A stretch of DNA of 25,335 nt, from positions 997,564-1,022,898 of the forward strand of contig NC_001263.1 of NCBI RefSeq assembly GCF_000008565.1, given 5' to 3'. The translations under genes and the position numbers were made by a program. Origin of the DNA: Deinococcus radiodurans R1 = ATCC 13939 = DSM 20539. GTDB taxonomy: Bacteria; Deinococcota; Deinococci; Deinococcales; Deinococcaceae. This document shows positions 17,924 through 25,335 of this stretch, piece by piece (the first letter of the stretch is position 1; each line of letters begins with the position of its first letter). Under the pieces are notes generated by a model. That model did not search any database. It saw only the letters and a list, made by a program, of their open reading frames with translations, and was not told where the DNA came from.

Positions 17924-18049
17924 GAGAGCATTTGACAGAAAAAGACACCCTCACCCCTTGCTTCGCAAGGCCCTCTCTGCGGGGCAGCTCTTCGAGTCCC
18001 ATCAAGGTAGAGGGTCAAAGACAGACCAGATCATTCTGTCCAATGCTCT
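17924..18049 (+). repeat. Full-length SNR/MITE-like element with terminal inverted repeats
   Basis: The terminal inverted repeat AGAGCATTTGACAGAA (17924-17939) matches the reverse complement of TTCTGTCCAATGCTCT (18034-18049) at 15/16 positions. Internal hairpins are CCTTGC-TTC-GCAAGG and CCCTCT...AGAGGG. There is no ORF. Confidence 0.85.
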
Positions 18050-18055
18050 AGGCGA

Positions 18056-18103
18056 GAAGACAAACAAGAAAGACCCCGCCCAGGCCGCCGCGCCGGGTGG
18101 GGT
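18056..18103 (-). terminator. Rho-independent terminator of the chorismate mutase/DAHP synthase gene
   Basis: Minus strand reads GACCCCACCC-GGCGCGGCGGCC-TGGGCGGGGTC followed by TTTCTTGTTTGTCTTCTC. Confidence 0.7.
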
Positions 18104-18117
18104 CAACTTTATGAGGC

Positions 18118-19218
<1,101 letters not shown>

Positions 19219-19285
19219 AGGCAGCAGTGTAGGGAAGCCGCCCGACACCGCCCTGCTCTGGGGCTAGTCAATTGACAGGAGGTGT

Positions 19286-19735
19286 CTAAGTCGCGTTGGG
19301 GGTGGCGTTGGCGGCCTCGCCGGAGGAGTCGGAATCGGGGGCTTCCTCGGTGTTCACCATATGCACCGCCACCCGCGCGAGCGCTGCGTACAGTTCGTGG
19401 GCGTCGGCCTCGGCCAGGCCGGGCGTCTCGCGCAGCGCCGCGTTCATGCACGCCAGCCACGCCCGCGCCCGCCCCGGCGTGATGGGAAAAGGCAGGTGCC
19501 GCGCCCGCAGCCGGGGATGCCCGTAGAGCTCGTGGTAGAGCGGTGGCCCGCCGGTAAAGCCGGTCAGAAAGGCGAGCTGTTTGCGGGCCGTCTCGCTGAG
19601 GTCGGCGGGGAAAATCGGCGCGAGGTCGGGGTTGCGGGCCACGTGCGCGTAGAAGCGGTGCACGAGCAGCGCCAGCGTGTCGGGGCCGATGCGGTCGTAG
19701 AGGGAACCTCGGGCGAGGTCGAGGGGCGTGGTCAT
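19286..19735 (-). CDS. Group-II truncated (2-on-2) hemoglobin
   Basis: LYDRIG...LVHRFYAHVARNPDLAPIFP.DL...KQLAFLTGFTGGPPLY...YGHPRLRARHLPFPIT...AWLACM is the trHbO pattern. TACCCT lies 6 nt upstream of the ATG. Confidence 0.8.
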   Translation of the reverse strand: MTTPLDLARGSLYDRIGPDTLALLVHRFYAHVARNPDLAPIFPADLSETARKQLAFLTGFTGGPPLYHELYGHPRLRARHLPFPITPGRARAWLACMNAALRETPGLAEADAHELYAALARVAVHMVNTEEAPDSDSSGEAANATPNAT

Positions 19736-19778
19736 GCGGACAGGGTAAGTGAAGCCGGGGGGAACGAACAGGCCGCGC

Positions 19779-20378
19779 CTATCCGGGTGTCGTGGGCGCG
19801 GCCACCATGGTTTCTACCCGGCAGCGCACCGCTTCTCTCGCCTGCTCCGGCGCAAGTTGCCGCAGCAGCAGGTGCAAGCACAGGCCGTCGATCAGGGCGT
19901 GAAGTTCTACCGCCGCCTGTTCGGGCGTCGCGGCTTTGAGCAGGTCGGCCCCGGCGAGGCTGCGCGTGATCTCCAGCAGTGTCGCGTGCAGGTCCCGGTA
20001 AAGAATGCCGTGTGCGTCGGCGTACTGCTCGCCCCGAACAGCGGCGGAGGCGAACGCCAGCCAGACTTCCGTCCATTCCTGGGAAGGCCCGTCCAGCGGC
20101 AGGAGGGCGAGCAGAAAGCCTTCGAGCTGCGCCCGTGGTGGCCCACTGAGCTGGAGCGCCCGCAGTTCGCGTTCTACGGCCCCGGCGAGCTGCTCGGCGG
20201 CAAACGTCAGGATGCTGTCGCGGGTGGGAAGGTAGTGCCGGACGGCGCCGCTCGACCAGCCGGACTGCTCACTGAGGTTACGGATGGTCACGCCGTCTAC
20301 CCCTTCGCGCCGGATCAGCGCCCAGACATGTCGAACAAGCTCCTGGCGACGCTGATCATGGTCCACGATGCGCGGCAT
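19779..20378 (-). CDS. TetR/AcrR-family transcriptional repressor
   Basis: N-terminal HTH: RRQELVRHVWALIRREGVDGVTIRNLSEQSGWSSGAVRHYLPTRDSIL. It is divergent from the SMR pair. Confidence 0.85.
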   Translation of the reverse strand: MPRIVDHDQRRQELVRHVWALIRREGVDGVTIRNLSEQSGWSSGAVRHYLPTRDSILTFAAEQLAGAVERELRALQLSGPPRAQLEGFLLALLPLDGPSQEWTEVWLAFASAAVRGEQYADAHGILYRDLHATLLEITRSLAGADLLKAATPEQAAVELHALIDGLCLHLLLRQLAPEQAREAVRCRVETMVAAPTTPG

Positions 20379-20387
20379 GACAGAGTT

Positions 20388-20456
20388 TTAGCACGGTCTT
20401 GCCAAATAAAAGGCGCCGTGTTAGAACATCCCTGCTTATTCGCACGGTCATGCGAA
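20388..20456. promoter_or_regulatory. Two near-identical palindromic operator candidates in the TetR/SMR divergent region
   Basis: TTAGCA-CGGTCT-TGCCAA (20388-20405) and TTCGCA-CGGTCA-TGCGAA (20439-20456; perfect 6-bp arms). The direct repeat GCACGGTC(T/A)TGC(C/G)AAATA matches at 16/18. The first site overlaps the TetR gene's -10-like TAAAAC(T). Confidence 0.55.
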
Positions 20457-20472
20457 ATAGCGGGAGAGTGAG

Positions 20473-20784
20473 ATGAACGCATGGACAGCCCTGGTGCTGG
20501 CGGGCCTTTTTGAAGTCGGCTTCACGACGGCCCTCAAACTGGAGCAGCAGAACAAGAACTGGGGCTGGGCCTTCATCGTCTGCGCCTGGATCAGTTTCGG
20601 TTTTCTGGCACAGGCGATAGAAACCATTCCCCTCGGCACGGCCTACGCCGTCTGGACTGGCATCGGCGCCGTGGGAACGGTATTGGTCGGGCGGGTTTTT
20701 TTCGGTGAGCAGCTCGGGGGGCGCAAGCTCGCGCTGCTGGCGGTTATGGTCGCGGCGATCCTCGGCCTGAAGGTGACGGCATGA
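20473..20784 (+). CDS. SMR-family exporter subunit, SugE/Gdx-like (paired SMR, subunit 1)
   Basis: 103 aa with four TM segments. The membrane Glu is in AGLFEVGF, and IPLGTAYAVWTGIGAVGTVLVG closely follows the SugE signature. SD GGGAGAG. Confidence 0.85.
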   Translation: MNAWTALVLAGLFEVGFTTALKLEQQNKNWGWAFIVCAWISFGFLAQAIETIPLGTAYAVWTGIGAVGTVLVGRVFFGEQLGGRKLALLAVMVAAILGLKVTA

Positions 20785-21122
20785 CGGCCCCGGCCCCGCA
20801 GACGAAAAACGCCGCCTGGGGCTGGGTCCTGCTGGCGGGGCTGTTCGAGGTCGGCTTTACCTATGCCCTGAAAATGTCGCAGCACGACGGCAAATACCTG
20901 GGACTGTTCCTGCTGTGCGCCATCGTCAGTTTCGAGTGTCTGGCCCAGGCGCTGAAGACGCTTCCCGTCGGCCTCGCCTACGCCGTCTGGACCGGTATCG
21001 GCAGCGTGGGGACCATCCTGGTCGGGTTGGTGCTTTTTGGCGACAGTCTCTCGGCGCTGCGTCTGGGCCTGCTGACGGTCCTGATCGGCTCCATCGCCGG
21101 CTTGAAGATTGTGGATCGGTGA
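20781..21122 (+). CDS. SMR-family exporter subunit, SugE/Gdx-like (paired SMR, subunit 2)
   Basis: 113 aa. ATGA start/stop overlap with subunit 1. Contains AGLFEVGF and LPVGLAYAVWTGIGSVGTILVG. Confidence 0.85.
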   Translation: MTAPAPQTKNAAWGWVLLAGLFEVGFTYALKMSQHDGKYLGLFLLCAIVSFECLAQALKTLPVGLAYAVWTGIGSVGTILVGLVLFGDSLSALRLGLLTVLIGSIAGLKIVDR

Positions 21123-21156
21123 CGAAGGCCGGGCAAAGCCGTAGCGACAGACAGGT

Positions 21157-22278
21157 TCAGCCCCGCAGCGCCGCGTGCGTTTCCAGCGCGTAGCGGTCGG
21201 TCATGCCCGCGAGGTGGTCGCAGATGGCGCGGGGCAGCCCATCACGCCCCACGCGGCTGCGCGGGCGCGGAGGCAGCAGCGCCGGACGGGTCAGGAAGGC
21301 GCCGAACAGTTCGGTGAGCACCTGTTCGGCCTGATAGACCTCGCGCTCGACTTGCCAGTGGCGGTAGAGCCGCTCGCGCAGAAAGTCGCCCGCCCCGCGC
21401 AGGTGCCCCCGCAGCGCCGGGCTGTAGGTGACGAGCCGGTGCGCGTGGGCCTGCACCGCGTCCGGCGAAGCCACGCCGCTCGCCGCAATCGCCGCGTCGC
21501 TGCTGCGGGTCAGGTCGCCGATCAGCCAGCCGAGCAGCTCGCGTTGCAGCGTCCGCAGGTCGGCGGAGGAGGGCCGCTGCGAGGTCACGCCACTGCGTTC
21601 CTGCAATTCGCGCCACAGCGGCAGCTCCAGCAGGTCTTCGGGGTGCAGCAGCCCGCTCCGCAGCCCGTCGTCGAGGTCGTGGGCGGTGTAGGCAAGCGCG
21701 TCGGCGGCGTCCACCACCTGCGCTTCGAGGCTGGGCTGGCGCTGCGTGGGGGGCAAGGCAGCCCGCCCATGTTTGTTGAGCCCGTCGAGGGTGTCGAGCG
21801 TCAGGTTGAGCCCCGGCTGCTCGCCCGAGCGCTCCTCCAGCAGTGTCACGATGCGCCGGGCCTGCGAATTGTGGTCGAAGGTTTCGCCGTGCCCGCGCAT
21901 GAGCGAGTCGAGCAGCCGCTCGCCCGCGTGCCCGAACGGCGGGTGCCCGAGATCGTGGGCGAGCGCCACCGTTTCGGCCAGTGTTTCGTTGAGCCCCAGC
22001 GACAGCGCCGCCGTGCGCGCCACCTGCTGCACTTCCAGCGTGTGCGTGAGCCGGGTACGGTAGTGGTCGCCGAGCGCGGGGGCATTGAGAAACACCTGCG
22101 TTTTGGCTTCCAGCCGCCGGAACGCTTTGGTGTGCAGCACCCGGTCACGGTCTTTCTGGTAGGCGGTGCGCGTTTCGCTGGGCGCTTCGGGCACCGCGCG
22201 CCGGGCCTCGCTGCTGCGCCGGGCGAAGGGCGGGAGCAGGGCGGCCTCACGGGCTTCGAGGTCGGCGCGGGTGAACAT
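21157..22278 (-). CDS. dgt: dGTP triphosphohydrolase-like HD-domain protein
   Basis: YQKDRDRVLHTKAFRRLEAKTQVF...HYRTRLTHTLEVQQVAR...LAHDLGHPPFGHAGE...DHLAGMTD. TATCTT lies 6 nt upstream of the ATG. Confidence 0.85.
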   Translation of the reverse strand: MFTRADLEAREAALLPPFARRSSEARRAVPEAPSETRTAYQKDRDRVLHTKAFRRLEAKTQVFLNAPALGDHYRTRLTHTLEVQQVARTAALSLGLNETLAETVALAHDLGHPPFGHAGERLLDSLMRGHGETFDHNSQARRIVTLLEERSGEQPGLNLTLDTLDGLNKHGRAALPPTQRQPSLEAQVVDAADALAYTAHDLDDGLRSGLLHPEDLLELPLWRELQERSGVTSQRPSSADLRTLQRELLGWLIGDLTRSSDAAIAASGVASPDAVQAHAHRLVTYSPALRGHLRGAGDFLRERLYRHWQVEREVYQAEQVLTELFGAFLTRPALLPPRPRSRVGRDGLPRAICDHLAGMTDRYALETHAALRG

Positions 22279-22369
22279 GCCCGCAAGATAGGGCGCCGCC
22301 AGTGCTGGGGACTGTCATGTCTGCCAGTACACAAAGGGGGCCAGCACAGACCAGACCGCCCTGCCGCTC

Positions 22370-22375
22370 TAGACT
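22370..22375 (+). promoter_or_regulatory. -10 box (TAGACT) 6 nt upstream of the Nudix ATG; candidate leaderless promoter
   Basis: TAGACT-cccccc-ATG(22382). The mirror box TATCTT (22285-22290, minus strand) serves the divergent dgt-like gene. Confidence 0.45.
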
Positions 22376-22381
22376 CCCCCC

Positions 22382-22882
22382 ATGTCTGCCACCAAAACCA
22401 TCTATGACGGCCACATCGTCAAGCTCGAACTGGAAGAGGGCAAATGGGAAATCGTGCGCCACGCCGACGCGGTGGCGATTTTGCTGCTCAGCGAGGGGGG
22501 TGAGATGAAACTGGTGCGCCAGCGCCGCCGCGCGGTGGACGCCGATACGCTCGAAGCCCCGGCGGGATTGATTGACGAAGGCGAAACGCCCGAAGCCGCC
22601 GCCCGGCGCGAGTTGCAGGAAGAAGTCGGCCTCGACGCCGACCTGACGCTGCTCACCCGCTTCTACACCAGCCCCGGCTTCTGCGACGAGCAGCTCTACG
22701 TGTTCGAGGCCAAAAATCCCCGCGAATCCCGCCTGCCCCTCGACGAGGACGAAGAGATTGAGGAAGTGTGGATGGCGCCCCAGACCCTACTCGACGGCCT
22801 GCGCGGCGGCACGGTCCAGAGCAGTTCGCCCACCGTCGCGGCGGCACTCTACGCCCTCCAGCGGCTCGCGGGGCAGCAGTGA
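22382..22882 (+). CDS. Nudix hydrolase (ADP-ribose pyrophosphatase-like)
   Basis: Nudix box: GLIDEGETPEAAARRELQEEVGL (GX5EX7REUXEEXGU). Confidence 0.85.
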   Translation: MSATKTIYDGHIVKLELEEGKWEIVRHADAVAILLLSEGGEMKLVRQRRRAVDADTLEAPAGLIDEGETPEAAARRELQEEVGLDADLTLLTRFYTSPGFCDEQLYVFEAKNPRESRLPLDEDEEIEEVWMAPQTLLDGLRGGTVQSSSPTVAAALYALQRLAGQQ

Positions 22883-23772
22883 AGACTTACGTTTCTCCCT
22901 CGCAGCGGCCCGACACCGAGACGGTCATTGCCATCGGGTCGTTCGACGGGGTGCATCTGGGGCATCAGGCGCTGCTCGCCCAGCTCAAGGCGCGGGCGCG
23001 CGAATACCGCGTGCCGAGCGTGGTCTACACCTTCGACCCGCCCACCCGCGTGCTGATGCAGGGCGTCGAGTTTCTGTCCACCCTGCCGGAAAAACTCGAC
23101 CTGCTGCGGCTCTACGGCATCGACGAAACCATCGCCGTGCCGTTTACCCCCGAGTTCGCCGCGCGGCCCAAGGAAGCCTTTTTGGCCGACCTGCGGGCGA
23201 TGAAGCCTCGCGCGGTGGTTGTCGGTGAGGACTTCTACTTTGGCAAGGGCCGCGCGGGCAGCACCGCCGACCTGCGCGAAGTCTGCGCCGACGTGGTGTC
23301 GCTGCCCATGCACCAGCTTGGCGGCGACGACATCAAGAGCACCCGCATCCGGGCGCTGCTGAAAGAGGGCGACGTGGACGGCGCGCAGCGTCTCCTGGGC
23401 CGCCCCTACGACGCGCAGGGCGTGGTGGTGCGCGGCGACCAGATCGGGCGCACGCTCGGCTGGCCCACCGCCAACCTCCGGGTGTCCGAGGGCAAGGCGC
23501 TGCCGCTCGGCGTGTTCGCCGTGCAGGTCGTCAACGACAAGGGCGAGCGCTGGGGCGGCATGGCGAACGTGGGTTGGCGTCCCACCGTCGAGGGCCGCGA
23601 GCGCCGCTTCGAGGTCCACCTGTTCGACTACCAGGGCGACCTCTACGGCGAGGAGTTGCAGGTGAAGTTCCTGTCGCGCCTGCGCGGCGAGCAGAAATTC
23701 AGCGGCCTGGACGAACTCAAGGCCCAGCTCGGGCGCGATGCCGAGGCGGCGCGGGCCGCGCTGGGCGGGTAA
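22879..23772 (+). CDS. ribF: Bifunctional riboflavin kinase / FMN adenylyltransferase
   Basis: The GTG start overlaps the Nudix stop (GTGA at 22879-22882). Contains AIGSFDGVHLGHQALL and a C-terminal kinase domain: GRTLGWPTANL...GVFAV...GMANVGWRPT...EVHLFDYQGDLYG. Confidence 0.85.
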   Translation: MKTYVSPSQRPDTETVIAIGSFDGVHLGHQALLAQLKARAREYRVPSVVYTFDPPTRVLMQGVEFLSTLPEKLDLLRLYGIDETIAVPFTPEFAARPKEAFLADLRAMKPRAVVVGEDFYFGKGRAGSTADLREVCADVVSLPMHQLGGDDIKSTRIRALLKEGDVDGAQRLLGRPYDAQGVVVRGDQIGRTLGWPTANLRVSEGKALPLGVFAVQVVNDKGERWGGMANVGWRPTVEGRERRFEVHLFDYQGDLYGEELQVKFLSRLRGEQKFSGLDELKAQLGRDAEAARAALGG

Positions 23773-23788
23773 GAACGCTCAGTCGAAA

Positions 23789-23827
23789 GCCGGAGGCCGC
23801 GTTCGAAACAGCCTCCGGTTCCTTTTT
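23789..23827 (+). terminator. Rho-independent terminator after ribF, at the convergent junction
   Basis: GCCGGAGGC-(13 nt)-GCCTCCGGT followed by TCCTTTTTGG. Confidence 0.7.
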
Positions 23828-23838
23828 GGCCCCAGCGC

Positions 23839-25335
23839 TCAGCGCGGCGTGCCGAAGTTCTGGCCCCAGTACAGGCGGTAGGGGCTGCCCGCCACCGTCA
23901 CGGCGCCCACGCCCAGCTCGGTGAAGGCCGGGTTCATGATGTTGGTGCAGTGGCCAGGGCTCTTGAGCCAGCCGTCCACCACGGCGGCGGGGCTCGGCTG
24001 CCCGGCAGCGATGTTTTCCCCGGCGGTGCGCCAGAGGTACCCCGCTCCGGTAATGCGGTCGCTGAACGGCACGCCCTCGGGGGTGGTGTGGTCGAAGTAG
24101 CCGCGCTTGCCCATGTCGAGGGTGTGGTTGCGCGAGGCGTGGGCAAGTTGGTCGTTCCAGCGCAGCGCCGGGGCCGGGGCGTAAGGCGTGGTGCCGCAGG
24201 TGGCCCCGCGTGCACGGGCTTCGTTGGTTAAGCGCAGGATTTCGAGTTCGTCGGCGCTGGCAGCGCGGTTACTCTCGGGATACCAGGTGTAGCCGCTGGG
24301 GCCGGTGGGGGGCGCCGGGGGAGTAGGTGCTGGGGGCGTTGGTGCCGGAGGAGTTTGAGGCGGAGCAGCCGGCACCTGCACCGTGACCGGCACGTTGCGG
24401 GTCAGGCGCGAGCCGTCAGCCAGCTCGAAGGCAAGGGACACACTGCCGCTGCCCGCCTGGGTGCCCGCCGTGAGCACCACCTGACCGCTCTGCGCCGAGG
24501 TCTGCTGCATTTCCACCCGGCTGACGAGCGCCGAGGGCTGGACCAGCGACACGCCGCGCACCGGCCCCTGGTACGCCAGCGCTGCGCTGCCACCACTTAC
24601 CAGGGAAACGCCCGCAGCGGGCACCGTCAGTTCGACGGTCTGGGGCTGCGGCGCCGCCTGCACCGGAATCTGCACCTGCGCCTGGCGCGTGGGGTCCTGC
24701 ACGCTGCGCGCCGTCACCGTCAGGGTGCCGCCAGGGGCGCTGACTGGCACGCTCAGGCCCGCGCTGCCGTTGCCCCGGTCGCTGAGCTGGGCGGTGAGGT
24801 CGGGGGTGTCGCCCTTCACGTCCCAGGTGACGCCGGTCTGGTAAGCCCCACTGCCACTCACCGTCGCCTGGAGGTCGAGACTCTGCCCGGCCTGGAGCGC
24901 GGCGCGGCTGGCTTTCAACTCCACTCCGCTCACCTGTGCCGGCGCGGGAGAAACACTGACCTGCACCGTCGCCTGCCGGGTCAGGCCCGCCGCCGTGCCG
25001 GTGACCGTGACCGCGTAGGTGCCTGCCGGGGTCTGCGCAGCGTCCACGAGCAGCATGGTGCCGCTGAGGCTCACCGCCAGGTCTGACGGAGCCGCTGTGA
25101 CCGCCAGCTTGACGTTCTCGGTGAGTGCCGCGTTGGGGGTCACGTTGACCGGCAGACTGTGCGTGGCCGCTCACCAGGGACAGGGCGCTGCGGCTCAGGC
25201 TGAGGCTGTAATCGGGGGCCGGGGTGGCGGGCGGAGCCACCGTGACCGGGGCCAGCACCGTCACTTCCACCGAGGCCCGTTTCTGCTCGTTGCCCCAGAA
25301 GCCGGTTACGGTCAGAACCGCCCGACCCGGCGCGC
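23839..25335 (-). CDS. Secreted or surface protein with Ig-like repeats, a Pro/Thr linker and a C-terminal CAP/SCP/PR-1 (YkwD-like) domain; the 5' end lies outside the window and one frameshift is near 25160-25175
   Basis: C-terminus: ILRLTNEAR...RWNDQLAHASRNHTLDMGKRGYFDHT...ENIAAG...VDGWLKSPGHCTNIMNP.FTELGVG, the CAP domain. Linker: PPQTPPAPTPPAPTPPAPP. Upstream are repeated ~90-aa beta-rich modules (VTVTGTAAGLTRQATVQVSV, LTVTARSVQDPTRQAQVQIPV). Above 25143 the reading frame continues in the frame of ORF 24416-25270 and stays open to base 25335. Confidence 0.65.

Noticed and set aside
20379-20472. Guanidine (ykkC-type or mini-ykkC) riboswitch ahead of the SugE-like pair.
   Set aside because: The leader is only 94 bp and is shared with a divergent promoter. 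It lacks the conserved riboswitch helices I can recall, and protein operator-like palindromes are present instead.
24280-24360. Tandem nucleotide repeat in the CAP-protein gene (the region encoding PPAPTPPAPTPPAPP).
   Set aside because: It is a short in-frame Pro/Thr linker inside a coding region, consistent with an interdomain spacer. It is not an independent repeat feature.

Overview
High-GC bacterial chromosomal segment with about 30 genes and coding GC near 67-70% by eye. The GC content, the repeated 'CCCTCACCCC..GCCCTCTC..AGAGGGTCAA' small noncoding repeats (SNRs) and the gene content all look like Deinococcus, probably a D. radiodurans-like chromosome; this is recognition, not a verified match. 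Most genes are housekeeping or envelope functions. On the minus strand: GGDEF cyclase, M50 protease, CCA/poly(A)-polymerase-family nucleotidyltransferase, HtrA protease, Hsp33. Then a family-5 ABC substrate-binding lipoprotein, a NarL-type response regulator, two tandem OmpH/Skp paralogs and a CBS-ACT protein. Next comes a divergent class-V aminotransferase / CoA-disulfide-reductase-like pair, then three translationally coupled Roadblock/LC7 (MglB-like) genes. These are divergent from a CRP/FNR regulator across an unusually AT-rich 411-bp region. Further on: an mrp / SufR-like / 2H-phosphoesterase operon, chorismate mutase-DAHP synthase, a truncated globin, TetR plus a paired SugE/Gdx-type SMR exporter, a dGTPase-like HD protein, Nudix-RibF, and a partial secreted Ig-repeat/CAP-domain protein. 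No rRNA, tRNA, CRISPR array, transposase or recognisable defence system was seen. Points worth a second look: (1) the orphan triple-Roadblock cassette and its low-GC control region; (2) five apparent single-base frameshifts in otherwise well-conserved genes (htrA x2, ABC binding protein, CRP, CAP protein); (3) five SNR/MITE-like copies whose first hairpin is kept by compensatory changes, two of which supply the stop codon of the adjacent gene; (4) a recurrent TANNNT box 6-7 nt upstream of ATG starts, suggesting leaderless mRNAs. Nothing here can be called a new system from sequence alone; the Roadblock trio is the best candidate.
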